Shown: piece by piece, positions 21,532 to 31,566 of the stretch
How positions within the stretch are numbered: position 1 is the stretch's first letter
Layout of the letters: every line of letters begins with the position of its first letter
Origin: Verrucomicrobiota bacterium
Lineage (GTDB): Bacteria > Verrucomicrobiota > Verrucomicrobiia > Limisphaerales > J093
NCBI GenBank assembly: GCA_050012855.1
Contig: JBEKGJ010000024.1
Location: forward strand, 3,682-67,681
DNA: 64,000 bases
Reading direction: 5' to 3'
Notes under the pieces: model-generated
Seen by the model: only the letters and a program-made list of their open reading frames with translations
Database searches by the model: none
Told to the model about the DNA's origin: nothing
Made by a program: the position numbers and the translations under genes

Positions 21532-21844
21532 TTTTAACGGTCTGGACACTCATGTTCATGGGCCGATTCGCCTGGGCATCCTGACGGCGCTGCAACTCGA
21601 CGGCGCGCTGGACTTCACGACACTCAAGCGGCGCTTGGACACGGCGGATGGGAGTCTGAATCTGCATTTGAAACGCCTGGAGGAAAACGGCTACATCACC
21701 AGCAAGAAGGCGTTTGTCGGGCTTCGCCCGAAAACCACCTATCGCATGGCGGCGGCGGGACGCACGGCACTCACTGGATACCTCAAGACCATGCGCCAAC
21801 TGTTGGATGCCATGGAATCCGGCGATCGGACCAAAGAGACGTAG
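21518..21844 (+). CDS. Winged-helix transcriptional regulator (HTH_34, MarR/ArsR-like)
   Basis: LDTHVHGPIRLGIL, DFTTLK, DGSLNLHLKRLEENGYI, RPKTTY. Confidence 0.88.
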   Translation: MTPIDFNGLDTHVHGPIRLGILTALQLDGALDFTTLKRRLDTADGSLNLHLKRLEENGYITSKKAFVGLRPKTTYRMAAAGRTALTGYLKTMRQLLDAMESGDRTKET

Positions 21845-21976
21845 GATGGTAACGATGGGCGGGCATCACGAGATTGCTTAAGAGTCGGGGAAAATGCGCC
21901 GGCCTCCGCGAAGCGGTTGAGTTCAACCCGCGGTTTGAGGTTTCAAAGCCACCGCCGTTCAGGTATCCAAGAGCCC

Positions 21977-22594
21977 ATGTTTACCGGTCTGGTGGAAGAA
22001 ACGGGCGTCGTCGAGCGGGTGCAACCGACGGATCGGGCCATCGAACTCACCATCCGGTCGCGGCTTTGCGTGCCGGGTCTGAAGGTCGGTGACAGCCTGG
22101 CCGTCAACGGCTGCTGCCTCACGGTGGTGAAGACCGTGGGCCGCGCCGGCCGCAAGCTGGCCCAGTTCGACCTCCTGCGCGAGACGTGGGAACGCACCAA
22201 TCTGCAGTTCGTGCAGCCCGGTTCGCTCGTCAACCTCGAACGGCCGCTCGCCGCCGACGCGCGCCTGGGCGGCCACTTTGTCACCGGCCACATAGATGGC
22301 CTCGGGCGAATCACGAAATGGGAACGGTCCGGCGCCGACTGGGTGCTCGAGGTGGCCGCACCCGCCGAACTGCGCCGCTACCTCGTGTTCAAGGGCTCGA
22401 TCGCCGTGGACGGCATCAGCCTCACGATCGCGGCCGTGACGCGGGCCGGCTTTCGCATCTGGATCATCCCGCACACGTGGGAGGTCACGGTGTTGCGCGA
22501 GCGCCAGGTGGGCGACGCGGTCAACCTCGAAACCGACCTGGTGGGCAAATACGTCGAGCAGATGCTCCGACAGATAAGACTGCCCCGACGATGA
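21977..22594 (+). CDS. ribE: Riboflavin synthase (alpha chain)
   Basis: MFTGLVEE, SLAVNGCCLTV, VNLER, GGHFVTGHIDG, KGSIAVDGISLT. Confidence 0.96.
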   Translation: MFTGLVEETGVVERVQPTDRAIELTIRSRLCVPGLKVGDSLAVNGCCLTVVKTVGRAGRKLAQFDLLRETWERTNLQFVQPGSLVNLERPLAADARLGGHFVTGHIDGLGRITKWERSGADWVLEVAAPAELRRYLVFKGSIAVDGISLTIAAVTRAGFRIWIIPHTWEVTVLRERQVGDAVNLETDLVGKYVEQMLRQIRLPRR

Positions 22595-23289
22595 AGCGCA
22601 CCCTTCCCGGCGGTTTTTTGCTCGCCATCGAAGGCATTGACGGCGCGGGCAAGAGCGTTCAGGCCCAGGCGGTTGGCGCCGCCCTGATGGCGCGCGGTCT
22701 GGACGTCGTGCTGACCCGTGAACCCACCAACGGACCTTGGGGCCGCCGGCTCCGCGAGTCGGCCGCCAAAGGCCGGCTGTCCCCGCAGGAGGAGCTCCAC
22801 GCCTTCCTCGAAGACCGCAAGCAGCACGTGGCCGAGCTGATCCGCCCCAGCCTCGACGCCGGCAAGGTCGTGATCACCGACCGCTACTATTTTTCGACCG
22901 TCGCCTACCAGGGCGCGCGCGGGTTCGATCCGGCCGAACTTCTGCGGATGAACGAGGCCGTCGCCATCGAACCACACCTGCTCGTGCTGGTGGACCTCGA
23001 CCCGCAGACAAGCCTCGCCCGCATCGGCCACCGCGACGGCGCCGCCAATGAATTCGAAACCGTCGCCCAACTCGCCCGCTCGCGGGAGATCTTTCTGTCC
23101 ATCCAGAAACCCTGCCCGCTGCGCCTCGACGGCCGGCGCACACCGGCCGAGTTGCGCAACGAAATCCTGTTTGCCTTCGGCCGCTCGGCACTGGAACGCA
23201 TCGCCGGCAACCCGGCGTTGTCGGCGGCAGAGAAGCTCACCGCCAGCCTGGCCGTGTTTGGGGCCGAAGCGCCGGCTGTCCAGCCTTAA
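22591..23289 (+). CDS. tmk: Thymidylate kinase
   Basis: IEGIDGAGKS, TREP, DRYYFSTVAYQG; ATGA overlap with ribE. Confidence 0.93.
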   Translation: MKRTLPGGFLLAIEGIDGAGKSVQAQAVGAALMARGLDVVLTREPTNGPWGRRLRESAAKGRLSPQEELHAFLEDRKQHVAELIRPSLDAGKVVITDRYYFSTVAYQGARGFDPAELLRMNEAVAIEPHLLVLVDLDPQTSLARIGHRDGAANEFETVAQLARSREIFLSIQKPCPLRLDGRRTPAELRNEILFAFGRSALERIAGNPALSAAEKLTASLAVFGAEAPAVQP

Positions 23290-23376
23290 CCGGGGACGCG
23301 GCCATTTTCCTGCTGGCAGCGCCGCTCACGGGCGGCTACGGTTCGCCGCGTTTGGCAATCCGCCAACGCGCAACGA

Positions 23377-24027
23377 ATGCCGGAACGCATCCAACCAGTG
23401 CCGCCCGAGGCCACCTCTTTGCTGGGCGACCCCCACCTACTCGTCGCGCGCCTTGGCTCACCTGCGGGTCTGGCTGGTCTGTCCCCGGTGCCCGGCACGA
23501 TGCCCGTTACCGACGTGGTGTCGCTGCGCCGCTTCGTCGCCTCCTATCGCGACGAGATTTTGGTGCCCGTCGAGTTGCCGGCGATCCATCGCGCGCACGG
23601 CCACGCGACGCGGCAGGAGGTCCGCGAGTTGATCGCGTTTGACGGTCAGTTGGCTGCCGAACCTCGGTTGCAGAGTTTTGCCGCCGCGAGCAGGGCGGTC
23701 GGCCGCTCCCAACTCCACCGCCTGCTGCCCATGCGCGATGTGCGGCTGGTACGGCGCTACTGGCGGGCCGCCGAAGCCGGCGAGGCGCAGGCCTGGCATG
23801 TGCTTGTGTATGGCGTCGTACTCGCGGTGTTTGCGCTGCCGCTGCGGCAGGGGCTGGCCAACTACGCCCGCCAGACACTCGGTGGTTTCGTCGAATCCGC
23901 CGCCGGCCCGCTGCGATTGCCGGAGAACGAACGCTGCCAGTTGACCGAAGAACTTCTGGCCGCCGTGCCTGCGGCGGTGGAGGCCACCCTGGCCGCGGCG
24001 GGCCCGCCGCGCCTGCTCGCCGTCTGA
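23377..24027 (+). CDS. UreF-like helical protein (orphan)
   Basis: ELPA..RA, ASRAVGRSQL, H.LVYG pattern resembling the UreF fold. Confidence 0.55.
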   Translation: MPERIQPVPPEATSLLGDPHLLVARLGSPAGLAGLSPVPGTMPVTDVVSLRRFVASYRDEILVPVELPAIHRAHGHATRQEVRELIAFDGQLAAEPRLQSFAAASRAVGRSQLHRLLPMRDVRLVRRYWRAAEAGEAQAWHVLVYGVVLAVFALPLRQGLANYARQTLGGFVESAAGPLRLPENERCQLTEELLAAVPAAVEATLAAAGPPRLLAV

Positions 24028-24051
24028 TCTTCCGGCCGACGGCGTTGTCCC

Positions 24052-25578
24052 ATGTCCACCGCCAGTTACCTGAATGCCGCCGACTGGTCGGTGATCGGAC
24101 TCTACCTGGCGGGCGTGATCCTGCTCGGGGTTTGGTTCGGCCGCGACCAAAAGACCACGCGCGACTATTTCCTGGGCAGCCGCAACATCCCATGGTGGGG
24201 CATTGGCTTTTCCATCGTCGCGGCGGAAACCAGCGCGCTCACGATCATCGGCGTGCCGGCCATGGCGTACGGCGGCAACCTTGGCTTCATCCAGATGGTC
24301 GCCGGTTACGTGATCGCCCGGATTCTGCTCGCGGTCGTGATGGTGCCCCATTACTTCAAGGGCGAGATTTACTCACCCTACCAGCTCTTCGCGAACGCGT
24401 TTGGCCCGGCGGCGCGGCAGATGGCGGGCGGATTGTTTCTGCTCAGCGAAACGCTGGCCGCCGGCGTGCGCGTCTATGTTGCCTGCATCCCGATCCAACT
24501 CATGCTGGGCATCGACGTCCTGCCGGCGATCCTGCTGTTCGTCGGACTTTCGCTGGCCTACACCTACGTGGGGGGCGTGAAGGCGGTGATCTGGACCGAC
24601 GCGCTGCAGTTCGGGCTGTTCCTGCTCGGCGGTGTTTTCGCGCTGGCGTACATCCCGGCGCTGGTGGAAGGCGGCCTGCCGGCGGTGCTGCGCGAAGCCG
24701 CGGCGGGCGGCAAGCTGACCTGGCTCAACCCGCACTTCTCGCTCGCCGCGCCTTACAACCTGTGGATGGGCCTGATCGGCGGCTCATTCGTCACGCTTTC
24801 GTCACACGGCGCCGAACAGCTCATCGTGCAGCGCGTGCTCGCCTGCCGAAACGTCCGCGATGGCCGGCGCGCCCTCATCCTCAGCGCGGTCCTGATCCTG
24901 CCGCTGTTCCTGATCTTCCTGCTCGCCGGGGCCATGCTCTGGGTCTATTACCGCCACGCGCCGCTGGCGATCCCGCTGCCCGAAGTGCGCCCCGGCATCA
25001 AGGCCAACGATTTCATCTTCCCGATCTTCATGCTCACCGCGGTGCCGCACTGGCTGAAGGGGTTTCTCATCGTCGCCATCCTCTCGGCGGCCATGTCGTC
25101 GGTCAGTTCGGCCCTCACCTCGCTGGCCTCGGTTTCTACGATGGATTTTATGAAACACCTGCTGCTCGGGCGGAGCGAGGCGTTTTATCTCCGGTTCAGC
25201 AAAACCTCGACGATCCTCTGGGCGGCGGCGCTGGTGGGGGTTGCCTACGCGAGCCGGGAAGTCACGTTCGTGCTGAACGCGGCGTTTTCGTTGCGCGGCC
25301 TGACCAGCGGGGCACTGCTGGGCGGCCTGCTGCTGGCTCTGTTCTGGCGCCGCGGCGGCGCACGATCGGTCGTGCTCGGCATGGCGGTGGCCGTGGCCAC
25401 CATGACCGCGATCCAGGTGCTGCCACAATTGCCAGCCACGCAGGCGTGGTGGAAGCGGGTTATCGGACCGGAAATCTTCTGGCCGTGGTTCACGTTGATC
25501 GGCACGGTCGTCACCATGGGCACCGCGTGGACCATCCAGCGCCTGAATCGAGCCACGACTCCGCTGCGGGCGCCGTAG
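24052..25578 (+). CDS. Sodium:solute symporter family transporter
   Basis: DYFLGSRNIPWW, SIVAAETSALT, YTYVGGVKAVIWTD, QLIVQR, SAAMSS. Confidence 0.93.
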   Translation: MSTASYLNAADWSVIGLYLAGVILLGVWFGRDQKTTRDYFLGSRNIPWWGIGFSIVAAETSALTIIGVPAMAYGGNLGFIQMVAGYVIARILLAVVMVPHYFKGEIYSPYQLFANAFGPAARQMAGGLFLLSETLAAGVRVYVACIPIQLMLGIDVLPAILLFVGLSLAYTYVGGVKAVIWTDALQFGLFLLGGVFALAYIPALVEGGLPAVLREAAAGGKLTWLNPHFSLAAPYNLWMGLIGGSFVTLSSHGAEQLIVQRVLACRNVRDGRRALILSAVLILPLFLIFLLAGAMLWVYYRHAPLAIPLPEVRPGIKANDFIFPIFMLTAVPHWLKGFLIVAILSAAMSSVSSALTSLASVSTMDFMKHLLLGRSEAFYLRFSKTSTILWAAALVGVAYASREVTFVLNAAFSLRGLTSGALLGGLLLALFWRRGGARSVVLGMAVAVATMTAIQVLPQLPATQAWWKRVIGPEIFWPWFTLIGTVVTMGTAWTIQRLNRATTPLRAP

Positions 25579-25589
25579 CTGCTGCGTGC

Positions 25590-26384
25590 TCAGCGCAGGA
25601 GGAAGATCAGCATAAGCGCGGCGAGGATGATGCGGTACCAGCCGAACCCCTTGAAGGTATGCGTCTGCACGAAACCCAGCAGCCATTTCACCGCGATGAA
25701 CGAGACGATCGCGGAAACCACTGTGCACAGCGCCAGCGCACCCCAGTTCTCCGGCCCGGCGTCGAGCGGCGGATGATGCAGCGCCTTGAAAATCTTCAGC
25801 CCGCCCGCCGCCAGCATCGTCGGAATGCCCACCAGGAAGGAAAACTCGGTCGCCGCCACACGACCCATTCCCAGGATCAGCATGAGCAGGATGGTCGCGC
25901 CCGACCGGGACGTACCGGGGAAGATCGCGGCCAGCAACTGACCGAGGCCCACCGCGACCACGACCGTCCAGGCCACGTCGTTGCGAGTGGGTTTGCCGGC
26001 CAGCCAGGTTTCCACGGCGACGAACAGCACGCCGCCAATGAGGAGCGCGAGGGCCACGGGCAGGACCGTTTCCGGCAGTTTGAAGTGCAGTTTGTCGAGG
26101 ATCAGCCCGCCAACACCGGTGATCCCGAAAGCCACCAGCACCTTGAGGATGAAATCGCGGGCCTGCGGATCCTCGCGCCAGCGGAGCAACTGCCGCAGGC
26201 GCTCGGGAAAGAGCGGGATGACCGCGACCACGGCGCCGCACTGAATGACCACGTTGAACAGGTCGCTTTGCTTGATACCAAAGAGATGCTCGGTCAGGAG
26301 CAGGTGGCCGGTGGAGGAGACGGGCAGAAACTCCGTGATTCCCTCCACAACACCCAGCAGGATTGCGATGAGCCAGACAGACAT
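25590..26384 (-). CDS. uppP: Undecaprenyl-diphosphatase (BacA)
   Basis: GVVEGITEFLPVSSTGH, PGTSRSGATI, EFSF, FGWYRI. Confidence 0.96.
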   Translation of the reverse strand: MSVWLIAILLGVVEGITEFLPVSSTGHLLLTEHLFGIKQSDLFNVVIQCGAVVAVIPLFPERLRQLLRWREDPQARDFILKVLVAFGITGVGGLILDKLHFKLPETVLPVALALLIGGVLFVAVETWLAGKPTRNDVAWTVVVAVGLGQLLAAIFPGTSRSGATILLMLILGMGRVAATEFSFLVGIPTMLAAGGLKIFKALHHPPLDAGPENWGALALCTVVSAIVSFIAVKWLLGFVQTHTFKGFGWYRIILAALMLIFLLR

Positions 26385-26574
26385 GGCGCGTTTAGACGCG
26401 AAAAGCGCGCCGGAGGCAAGTCGCAAATCCCGGTTGCAATTCCCGGTGGCAGTATCCCGATTTGGTGAGGTTATGACGAGCCGGCTCGCGGGAACCCGTC
26501 TGCCGCAGTACAGGCAGGCGCCCCACCGACAAGCCAAATTGGGACATTACCACCCAGGTCCCGGCCTCTCCTGC

Positions 26575-27978
26575 TCAGGGTTTGCCGGCCGGCGCCGCCA
26601 GGTGGGGCGCCTCCCAGGCGGAAGAATCGGGCGTGGTGGTGGTGGCTTCCTGCACCGAGCCGTCCACCAGGGCATAATGCCGGACCCAATTACCGTTCGG
26701 CGCCTGCCGCGGCGTGCGCTCGCGGAAGAGGATGACTTCGGGCTCAGTTTCGGCGATTGGCCGCGACTGGGGCATGAACTCGAATAGGTCCAGGGTTACG
26801 CCCCCGCCGAACTGCGGCGGCAGTTCCGCCTTCATCTGGTCAAACGTCGTCGGCAGAACATCGTTGTGATCCAGCGCAAAGAGCTTTGCGGCCAGACCCA
26901 TCTGTTTCATGGCATTGGCGATGTCAATGGACTGCTGTTTGAACTGATCTGGCGGAACGGCCAGCGCCGGGTCGGCGGCCGTCGCCAAGGCGGGCGGGGC
27001 GCTGGAGGCGAGCCTTGCGCCAGCCGCGATCTGTCGCCTCAGCCCTGCCACCTCCCCCCGCAACCGGATCAACTCGGCGTGCTCGCTGCGCAGACGCGCC
27101 AGTTCGCCAGGGTCCACCTGCAAGTTGGCCAGCCGTTCGTTCTCGGTCTTCAACCCGGCGACCTGCGACGCCGTCTGCTTGAGTGACAGGTTCTCCTCGC
27201 GGAGATGGCCGAGGCTTGTTTGTTGAATGGCGATCGGTGTGGCCACGGCGGCCACTGCGATCGTAGCGAGCATGAGTTTGGTCTTCATAAGCATGATGGT
27301 TTGAGCAATTCCGACAGTGCCCGCCGCACTCGCGGCGGCCAGGGAAGCGGTTGAGACGACGGCGGCCAGTCCGGCCGGCGCCGCCTCGGCACTGGCGACC
27401 GCCAGCGCCAGGGTGAGCCCCACCGCGCTGGTGGCGACACCGCGCCGTCCAACCTGCGCGCGCAGTTTCTCAACGGCGCGGCTGATCCGCCGCTGGGCCG
27501 CGGCTTCGGTGCTGCCCAGCGCCGCGCCGACTTCGGCAAAACTCTTGCCCGAAAGGTAGCGGAGCACCACGGCGTCGCGGTCGGCCTGGTCGAGGGTGTT
27601 GAGGGCCGCGTCCAACAGCGGTTGCAGTGCTTCCGCCGCGCGGGCGTCAGCCGGATCAGCGGCTTGCAGCGGGTTAAGTTCCATGACCTGCCTTTCACGA
27701 GCGGCGCGCCGGGCGTTGCCGCGCACGAGGTTGGCGGCGGCCAGGCACGCGGCCCGGTGCAACCAGCCGGCCAGAACGGTGCCGCGGGGCAGACGGTCCG
27801 CCTTGCGCGCCAGATCCGCGAACACGGTCTGGGCCACGTCGCGGGCCTGGTCACCGTCCCCGGTGATGCGCCGGGCCGCACTCCAGACGAGGTTCAGGTA
27901 CCGGCGCACCAATTCCGTGAACGCGTCCTCCGCCCGCTGGCGGGCGTAGCGCTGAAGCAGTTCGGCATCGTCGCTCAT
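26575..27978 (-). CDS. ECF sigma-70 factor with a TM segment and a C-terminal DUF1559/H-X9-DG-like extension
   Basis: DAELL, AFTELVRRY, DVAQTVF, LAGWL, region 4 HTH; then a hydrophobic segment, a coiled coil, NAMKQMGLA..FA.DH and YALVDGSVQ. Confidence 0.88.
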   Translation of the reverse strand: MSDDAELLQRYARQRAEDAFTELVRRYLNLVWSAARRITGDGDQARDVAQTVFADLARKADRLPRGTVLAGWLHRAACLAAANLVRGNARRAARERQVMELNPLQAADPADARAAEALQPLLDAALNTLDQADRDAVVLRYLSGKSFAEVGAALGSTEAAAQRRISRAVEKLRAQVGRRGVATSAVGLTLALAVASAEAAPAGLAAVVSTASLAAASAAGTVGIAQTIMLMKTKLMLATIAVAAVATPIAIQQTSLGHLREENLSLKQTASQVAGLKTENERLANLQVDPGELARLRSEHAELIRLRGEVAGLRRQIAAGARLASSAPPALATAADPALAVPPDQFKQQSIDIANAMKQMGLAAKLFALDHNDVLPTTFDQMKAELPPQFGGGVTLDLFEFMPQSRPIAETEPEVILFRERTPRQAPNGNWVRHYALVDGSVQEATTTTPDSSAWEAPHLAAPAGKP

Positions 27979-28084
27979 CGTCGTCACCATTTAACACCCG
28001 CCGCGGATCATTTCAGACAATTAATCGCACCGTGCGCATCAAACCGCGCTTCCCAAGCCGGAATGGATATGCTAAAGGGCGGGC

Positions 28085-28963
28085 ATGAAACTTACCTCGT
28101 TTCCCGTTGCGTTCGCCCTTTCGGCCCTGGCCGTGGGCTTGGCCATGATCAGTCTGACGGCGGCTGATGCCGGCATCGGCCCGAGCTTCACCGGTCCCGT
28201 CGGCCTTCAACTCTACAGCCTCCGCGATTCGTTCAAGACGAACGTGACCGGCTCGTTGGACAAGGTCCAGAAACTCGGCTTCAAATACGCCGAGCTGGCC
28301 GGCACCTACGGGCTCGACGCCGCCAGGTTCAAGGCCTTGCTCGCCGAGCGCGGCATCACGCCCATCGCCACCCACATTGGTTTCGAGCAGTGGCGCGACA
28401 ACCCCGAGGCCGCGGCCGCCGAGGCCGAGGCGCTGGGCCTCAAGTTCGTCGGCTGCGCCTGGATCCCACACCAGGGCGATTTCGATGAGAAGACGTGCCG
28501 CGAGGCGATCGCCGTGTTCAACCGCGCCGGCGAAACGCTCGCCAAACGGGGGATGAAATTCTTCTACCACGTGCATGGCTATGAATTCCAACCCTTCGGC
28601 CAGGGCACGCTGTTCGATGTGCTGATGACCGGCACCAACCCGAAGTTCGTGAGTTTCGAAATGGACATTTTCTGGATCGTGTTCCCGGGCCAGGACCCGG
28701 TCAAGTTGCTCAAGAAATACGGGCACCGCTGGGAGCTGATGCATTTGAAAGACATGCGGAAGGGCCTGAAGACCGGCTCGCTGTCCGGCGGCACCGACGT
28801 GACCAACGACGTCGCCTGCGGCGAGGGGCAGATGGATCTTCCCGCCATCCTGAAAGCCGCCAAGCAGGTCGGCGTGAAGTGGTACTTCATCGAGGACGAA
28901 TCGCCGAGTGTCGAGCAGCAGCTACCCGTCAGCCTGCGTTATCTCGAAGGAGTCAAATTCTGA
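28085..28963 (+). CDS. Exported sugar-phosphate isomerase/epimerase (TIM barrel)
   Basis: Signal peptide; GLQLYSLRD, YHVHGYEF, EMDIFW, HLKD, IEDE. Confidence 0.9.
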   Translation: MKLTSFPVAFALSALAVGLAMISLTAADAGIGPSFTGPVGLQLYSLRDSFKTNVTGSLDKVQKLGFKYAELAGTYGLDAARFKALLAERGITPIATHIGFEQWRDNPEAAAAEAEALGLKFVGCAWIPHQGDFDEKTCREAIAVFNRAGETLAKRGMKFFYHVHGYEFQPFGQGTLFDVLMTGTNPKFVSFEMDIFWIVFPGQDPVKLLKKYGHRWELMHLKDMRKGLKTGSLSGGTDVTNDVACGEGQMDLPAILKAAKQVGVKWYFIEDESPSVEQQLPVSLRYLEGVKF

Positions 28964-29002
28964 AGCCCCTCCGGGCGTGGATCGCAAGCCGGGCGAAAGC
29001 TG

Positions 29003-29659
29003 ATGAACTGTCTCGTCACGGCTGGTCCAACGGTTGAACCGCTTGACCAGGTGCGCCGGCTCACGAACTTCTCGACGGGCCGGCTCGGCGGGGAACTCGC
29101 GGACCACCTTGTCGCCCGCGGCCACCACGTCACGCTGCTCCTGGCCGAATCCGCCACCTGGCCCGGATCGTCCCGCGCCCACACGGTCGAGCGCTTTTCG
29201 ACGACGGCGGACCTGCGCGCCCGGATGTTCCGGCTCGCCGGCGGCGTGGACGCGGTGTTTCACGCCGCGGCGGTGAGCGATTTCGCCTTTGGCCAGGTTT
29301 GGCGACGGCTCCCGGCCGGCGAACTCGAACTGGTCAAGGCCGGCAAGTTGACCACGCGCGCCGGGACGCTCCTCACGGAACTGACGCCCACGCCCAAGAT
29401 CATCGGCGAACTTCGTGACGCGTTTCCCGGGGCGCTGCTCGTCGGCTGGAAGTTCGAGGTGGACGGCGGCCGGTTGGGCGCGTTGGCCGCCTCCGCCCGC
29501 CAGTTGCGCGAGTGCCGCACGAACGCCTGCGTGCTGAACGGCCCGGCGTATGGACCGGGCTTCGCGTTGTGCGTCGCCAGCGGAATCGCCGCGGACCTGC
29601 CGGACCGGCTGGCGTTGTTCGCCGCCCTGGAGGTTCTGCTCGACACCCGCAAGGCCTGA
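29003..29659 (+). CDS. Stand-alone CoaB-like (phosphopantothenate-cysteine ligase domain) protein
   Basis: VTAGPTVEPLDQVRRLTNFSTG, HAAAVSDF, PTPKII, VGWKFE. Confidence 0.85.
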   Translation: MNCLVTAGPTVEPLDQVRRLTNFSTGRLGGELADHLVARGHHVTLLLAESATWPGSSRAHTVERFSTTADLRARMFRLAGGVDAVFHAAAVSDFAFGQVWRRLPAGELELVKAGKLTTRAGTLLTELTPTPKIIGELRDAFPGALLVGWKFEVDGGRLGALAASARQLRECRTNACVLNGPAYGPGFALCVASGIAADLPDRLALFAALEVLLDTRKA

Positions 29660-29670
29660 GCCACGGCGCT

Positions 29671-30561
29671 TCAACCGGCCGCCCGCGGGGTGATGTCCTT
29701 GACGAGTTGCTCCAACCGGCGTCCGTATTCCACGTAGTTGGCGTACTGCGCCGCCGCGGGGGCGGTTTTCTGCGCGTCGTGGAACACCACCGCCATGTGG
29801 GGTTCGATCGAAATGCCACCGTTGTAACCGCGGCGCAGCGCGTCCCGCAAAATGTCCCGCACACGACCGTCACCTTCGCCGGGCCAGCGGTAATCGGCGT
29901 CGTTGGCGGCCGGATTCCACACGGCGTCCTTCACGTGGATGTGAACGGTCAGATCGCGCACCGCCTCCCAAAACTCCCACGGATCCTGCCGCGGCCAGGG
30001 TTTTGGCCGGGAGCGGTCGGGGTTGAAGATCGGGTTGGCGGTGTCGAAGACCCATTTCAGGCCCGGCACCTCGGCCAGTAACTGCAGCGCATGGCGCGGG
30101 CTCATCCCGCCATGGTTCATGCAGTTCTCGTGGACCGGTTGGAGCCCGGCGTCGCGGAACATCCGCGTCACTTCGCGAACGCGGGCAATGACCACCAGCG
30201 GAATTTCGTCGGCGTCGTCCGCCGGCTTGAAGCTCATGATGCGAATGAGCCGTGTGCCCAGCCGTTGCAGGCGCGGAATGGCCCGGCGCACCTCCGCCAG
30301 TGTCACCGCAAACGGTGTGTCCACCGTCTTACCCCAGTTCATAATGGCCGAGCCGAAACAGCAGACGCCGACACCCGCCGCCGCCAGCCGTTCGACCACA
30401 ACTTCAAAAGCCGCGTCGGGCAGATCATGGTAATTCGCCCGGGCAAAGCCTGGCACTTCGACGGCCCGGGCCTCGAGGCTGGTCCACCCGAGTTCGCGCG
30501 TGGCCCGGATTTGCGTGTCGAGGTCGGCGCCCGCTTCGTCGGCAATGCCAGTAAGGAACAT
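29671..30561 (-). CDS. Sugar-phosphate isomerase/epimerase (TIM barrel)
   Basis: GIADEA, IRIMS, VHEN, FDTAN, HIHVKD, SIEPH. Confidence 0.88.
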   Translation of the reverse strand: MFLTGIADEAGADLDTQIRATRELGWTSLEARAVEVPGFARANYHDLPDAAFEVVVERLAAAGVGVCCFGSAIMNWGKTVDTPFAVTLAEVRRAIPRLQRLGTRLIRIMSFKPADDADEIPLVVIARVREVTRMFRDAGLQPVHENCMNHGGMSPRHALQLLAEVPGLKWVFDTANPIFNPDRSRPKPWPRQDPWEFWEAVRDLTVHIHVKDAVWNPAANDADYRWPGEGDGRVRDILRDALRRGYNGGISIEPHMAVVFHDAQKTAPAAAQYANYVEYGRRLEQLVKDITPRAAG

Positions 30562-30584
30562 AATTGGAGTTGGGTTCGCGTTGC

Positions 30585-31481
30585 TCACGCCGGCGCCAGG
30601 CCGAGGTTCTGCAGGATTCGCGTGGTCGAATGGACCCTGTTTAGCGTGTAGAAGTGCAGCCCGGGCACGCCCTGACGCAACAGGTCCGCGCACTGCTGCG
30701 TGGCATACTCGATGCCGAACTCGGTCGCCGCGGCCTCGTCGTCGCCGAACTTCGCCAGGTCGGCCTGCAGCGTCGTCGGCAGCGTCGCGCCGCACAGCGC
30801 CACGAACCGCCGGATTTGCCCGGCGTTCAGGATCGGGATGACGCCCGGGACGATCGGCACGGTCACCCCGAGCCTGGCCGTGAGGAAATCGCGAAATTCG
30901 TAGAACCAGCGGTTGTCGAAGAAAAGCTGCGTGATGACAAAGTGGGCGCCGCAGTCAATCTTCGCCTTCAGCCGCTGCCAGTCCACCTGCCGGCCGGCCT
31001 GGCACTCCGGGTGCCCCTCGGGAAAGCCTGCCACGCCGATCGAGAACCCGCCCTGCTCGCGGGTCACGGTGACCAGTTCATGCGCGAACTCGAAGCCGCC
31101 TTCCGGCCGTACGAAGGCGTTCGTGCCCGCCAGCGGATCGCCCCGCAACGCCAGGATGTTCCGGATGCCGCGGGTCCGCGCCTCCGCCAGCAGCGCCACA
31201 ATCTCCTGGCGGGTTGCGCCCACGCAGGTGAGATGCGCCATCCCGGGCGTGCTGAAATCCCGCTGGATTCGCTCCACCATCCCCAGCGTCTTGTCCCGCG
31301 TGCTGCCGCCGGCGCCGTAGGTAACGGAACAAAACGCGGGCTTCAACCGCAACAGCGCCGGCAGGGTTTTCGCCAACCACACGCGGTCGCCCTCTTCCGT
31401 CTTCGGCGTGAAAAACTCGAAGGACACCAGGGCCCGACCGGCGGCCCGACCCGCCGCGTAGAGTTCAGGAATCGCCTGCAT
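30585..31481 (-). CDS. metF: 5,10-methylenetetrahydrofolate reductase
   Basis: SFEFFTPK, SVTYGAGG, AHLTC, LALRGD, ITQLFFD, LHFYTLN. Confidence 0.96.
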   Translation of the reverse strand: MQAIPELYAAGRAAGRALVSFEFFTPKTEEGDRVWLAKTLPALLRLKPAFCSVTYGAGGSTRDKTLGMVERIQRDFSTPGMAHLTCVGATRQEIVALLAEARTRGIRNILALRGDPLAGTNAFVRPEGGFEFAHELVTVTREQGGFSIGVAGFPEGHPECQAGRQVDWQRLKAKIDCGAHFVITQLFFDNRWFYEFRDFLTARLGVTVPIVPGVIPILNAGQIRRFVALCGATLPTTLQADLAKFGDDEAAATEFGIEYATQQCADLLRQGVPGLHFYTLNRVHSTTRILQNLGLAPA

Positions 31482-31566
31482 GATGGGGTGATCATGAACC
31501 TCTTATCCGCCGCGCGCAAGCCGCCATGGCGGCGTCACCCCGCAGGGGTGCATCCCCGCTCGCCCT

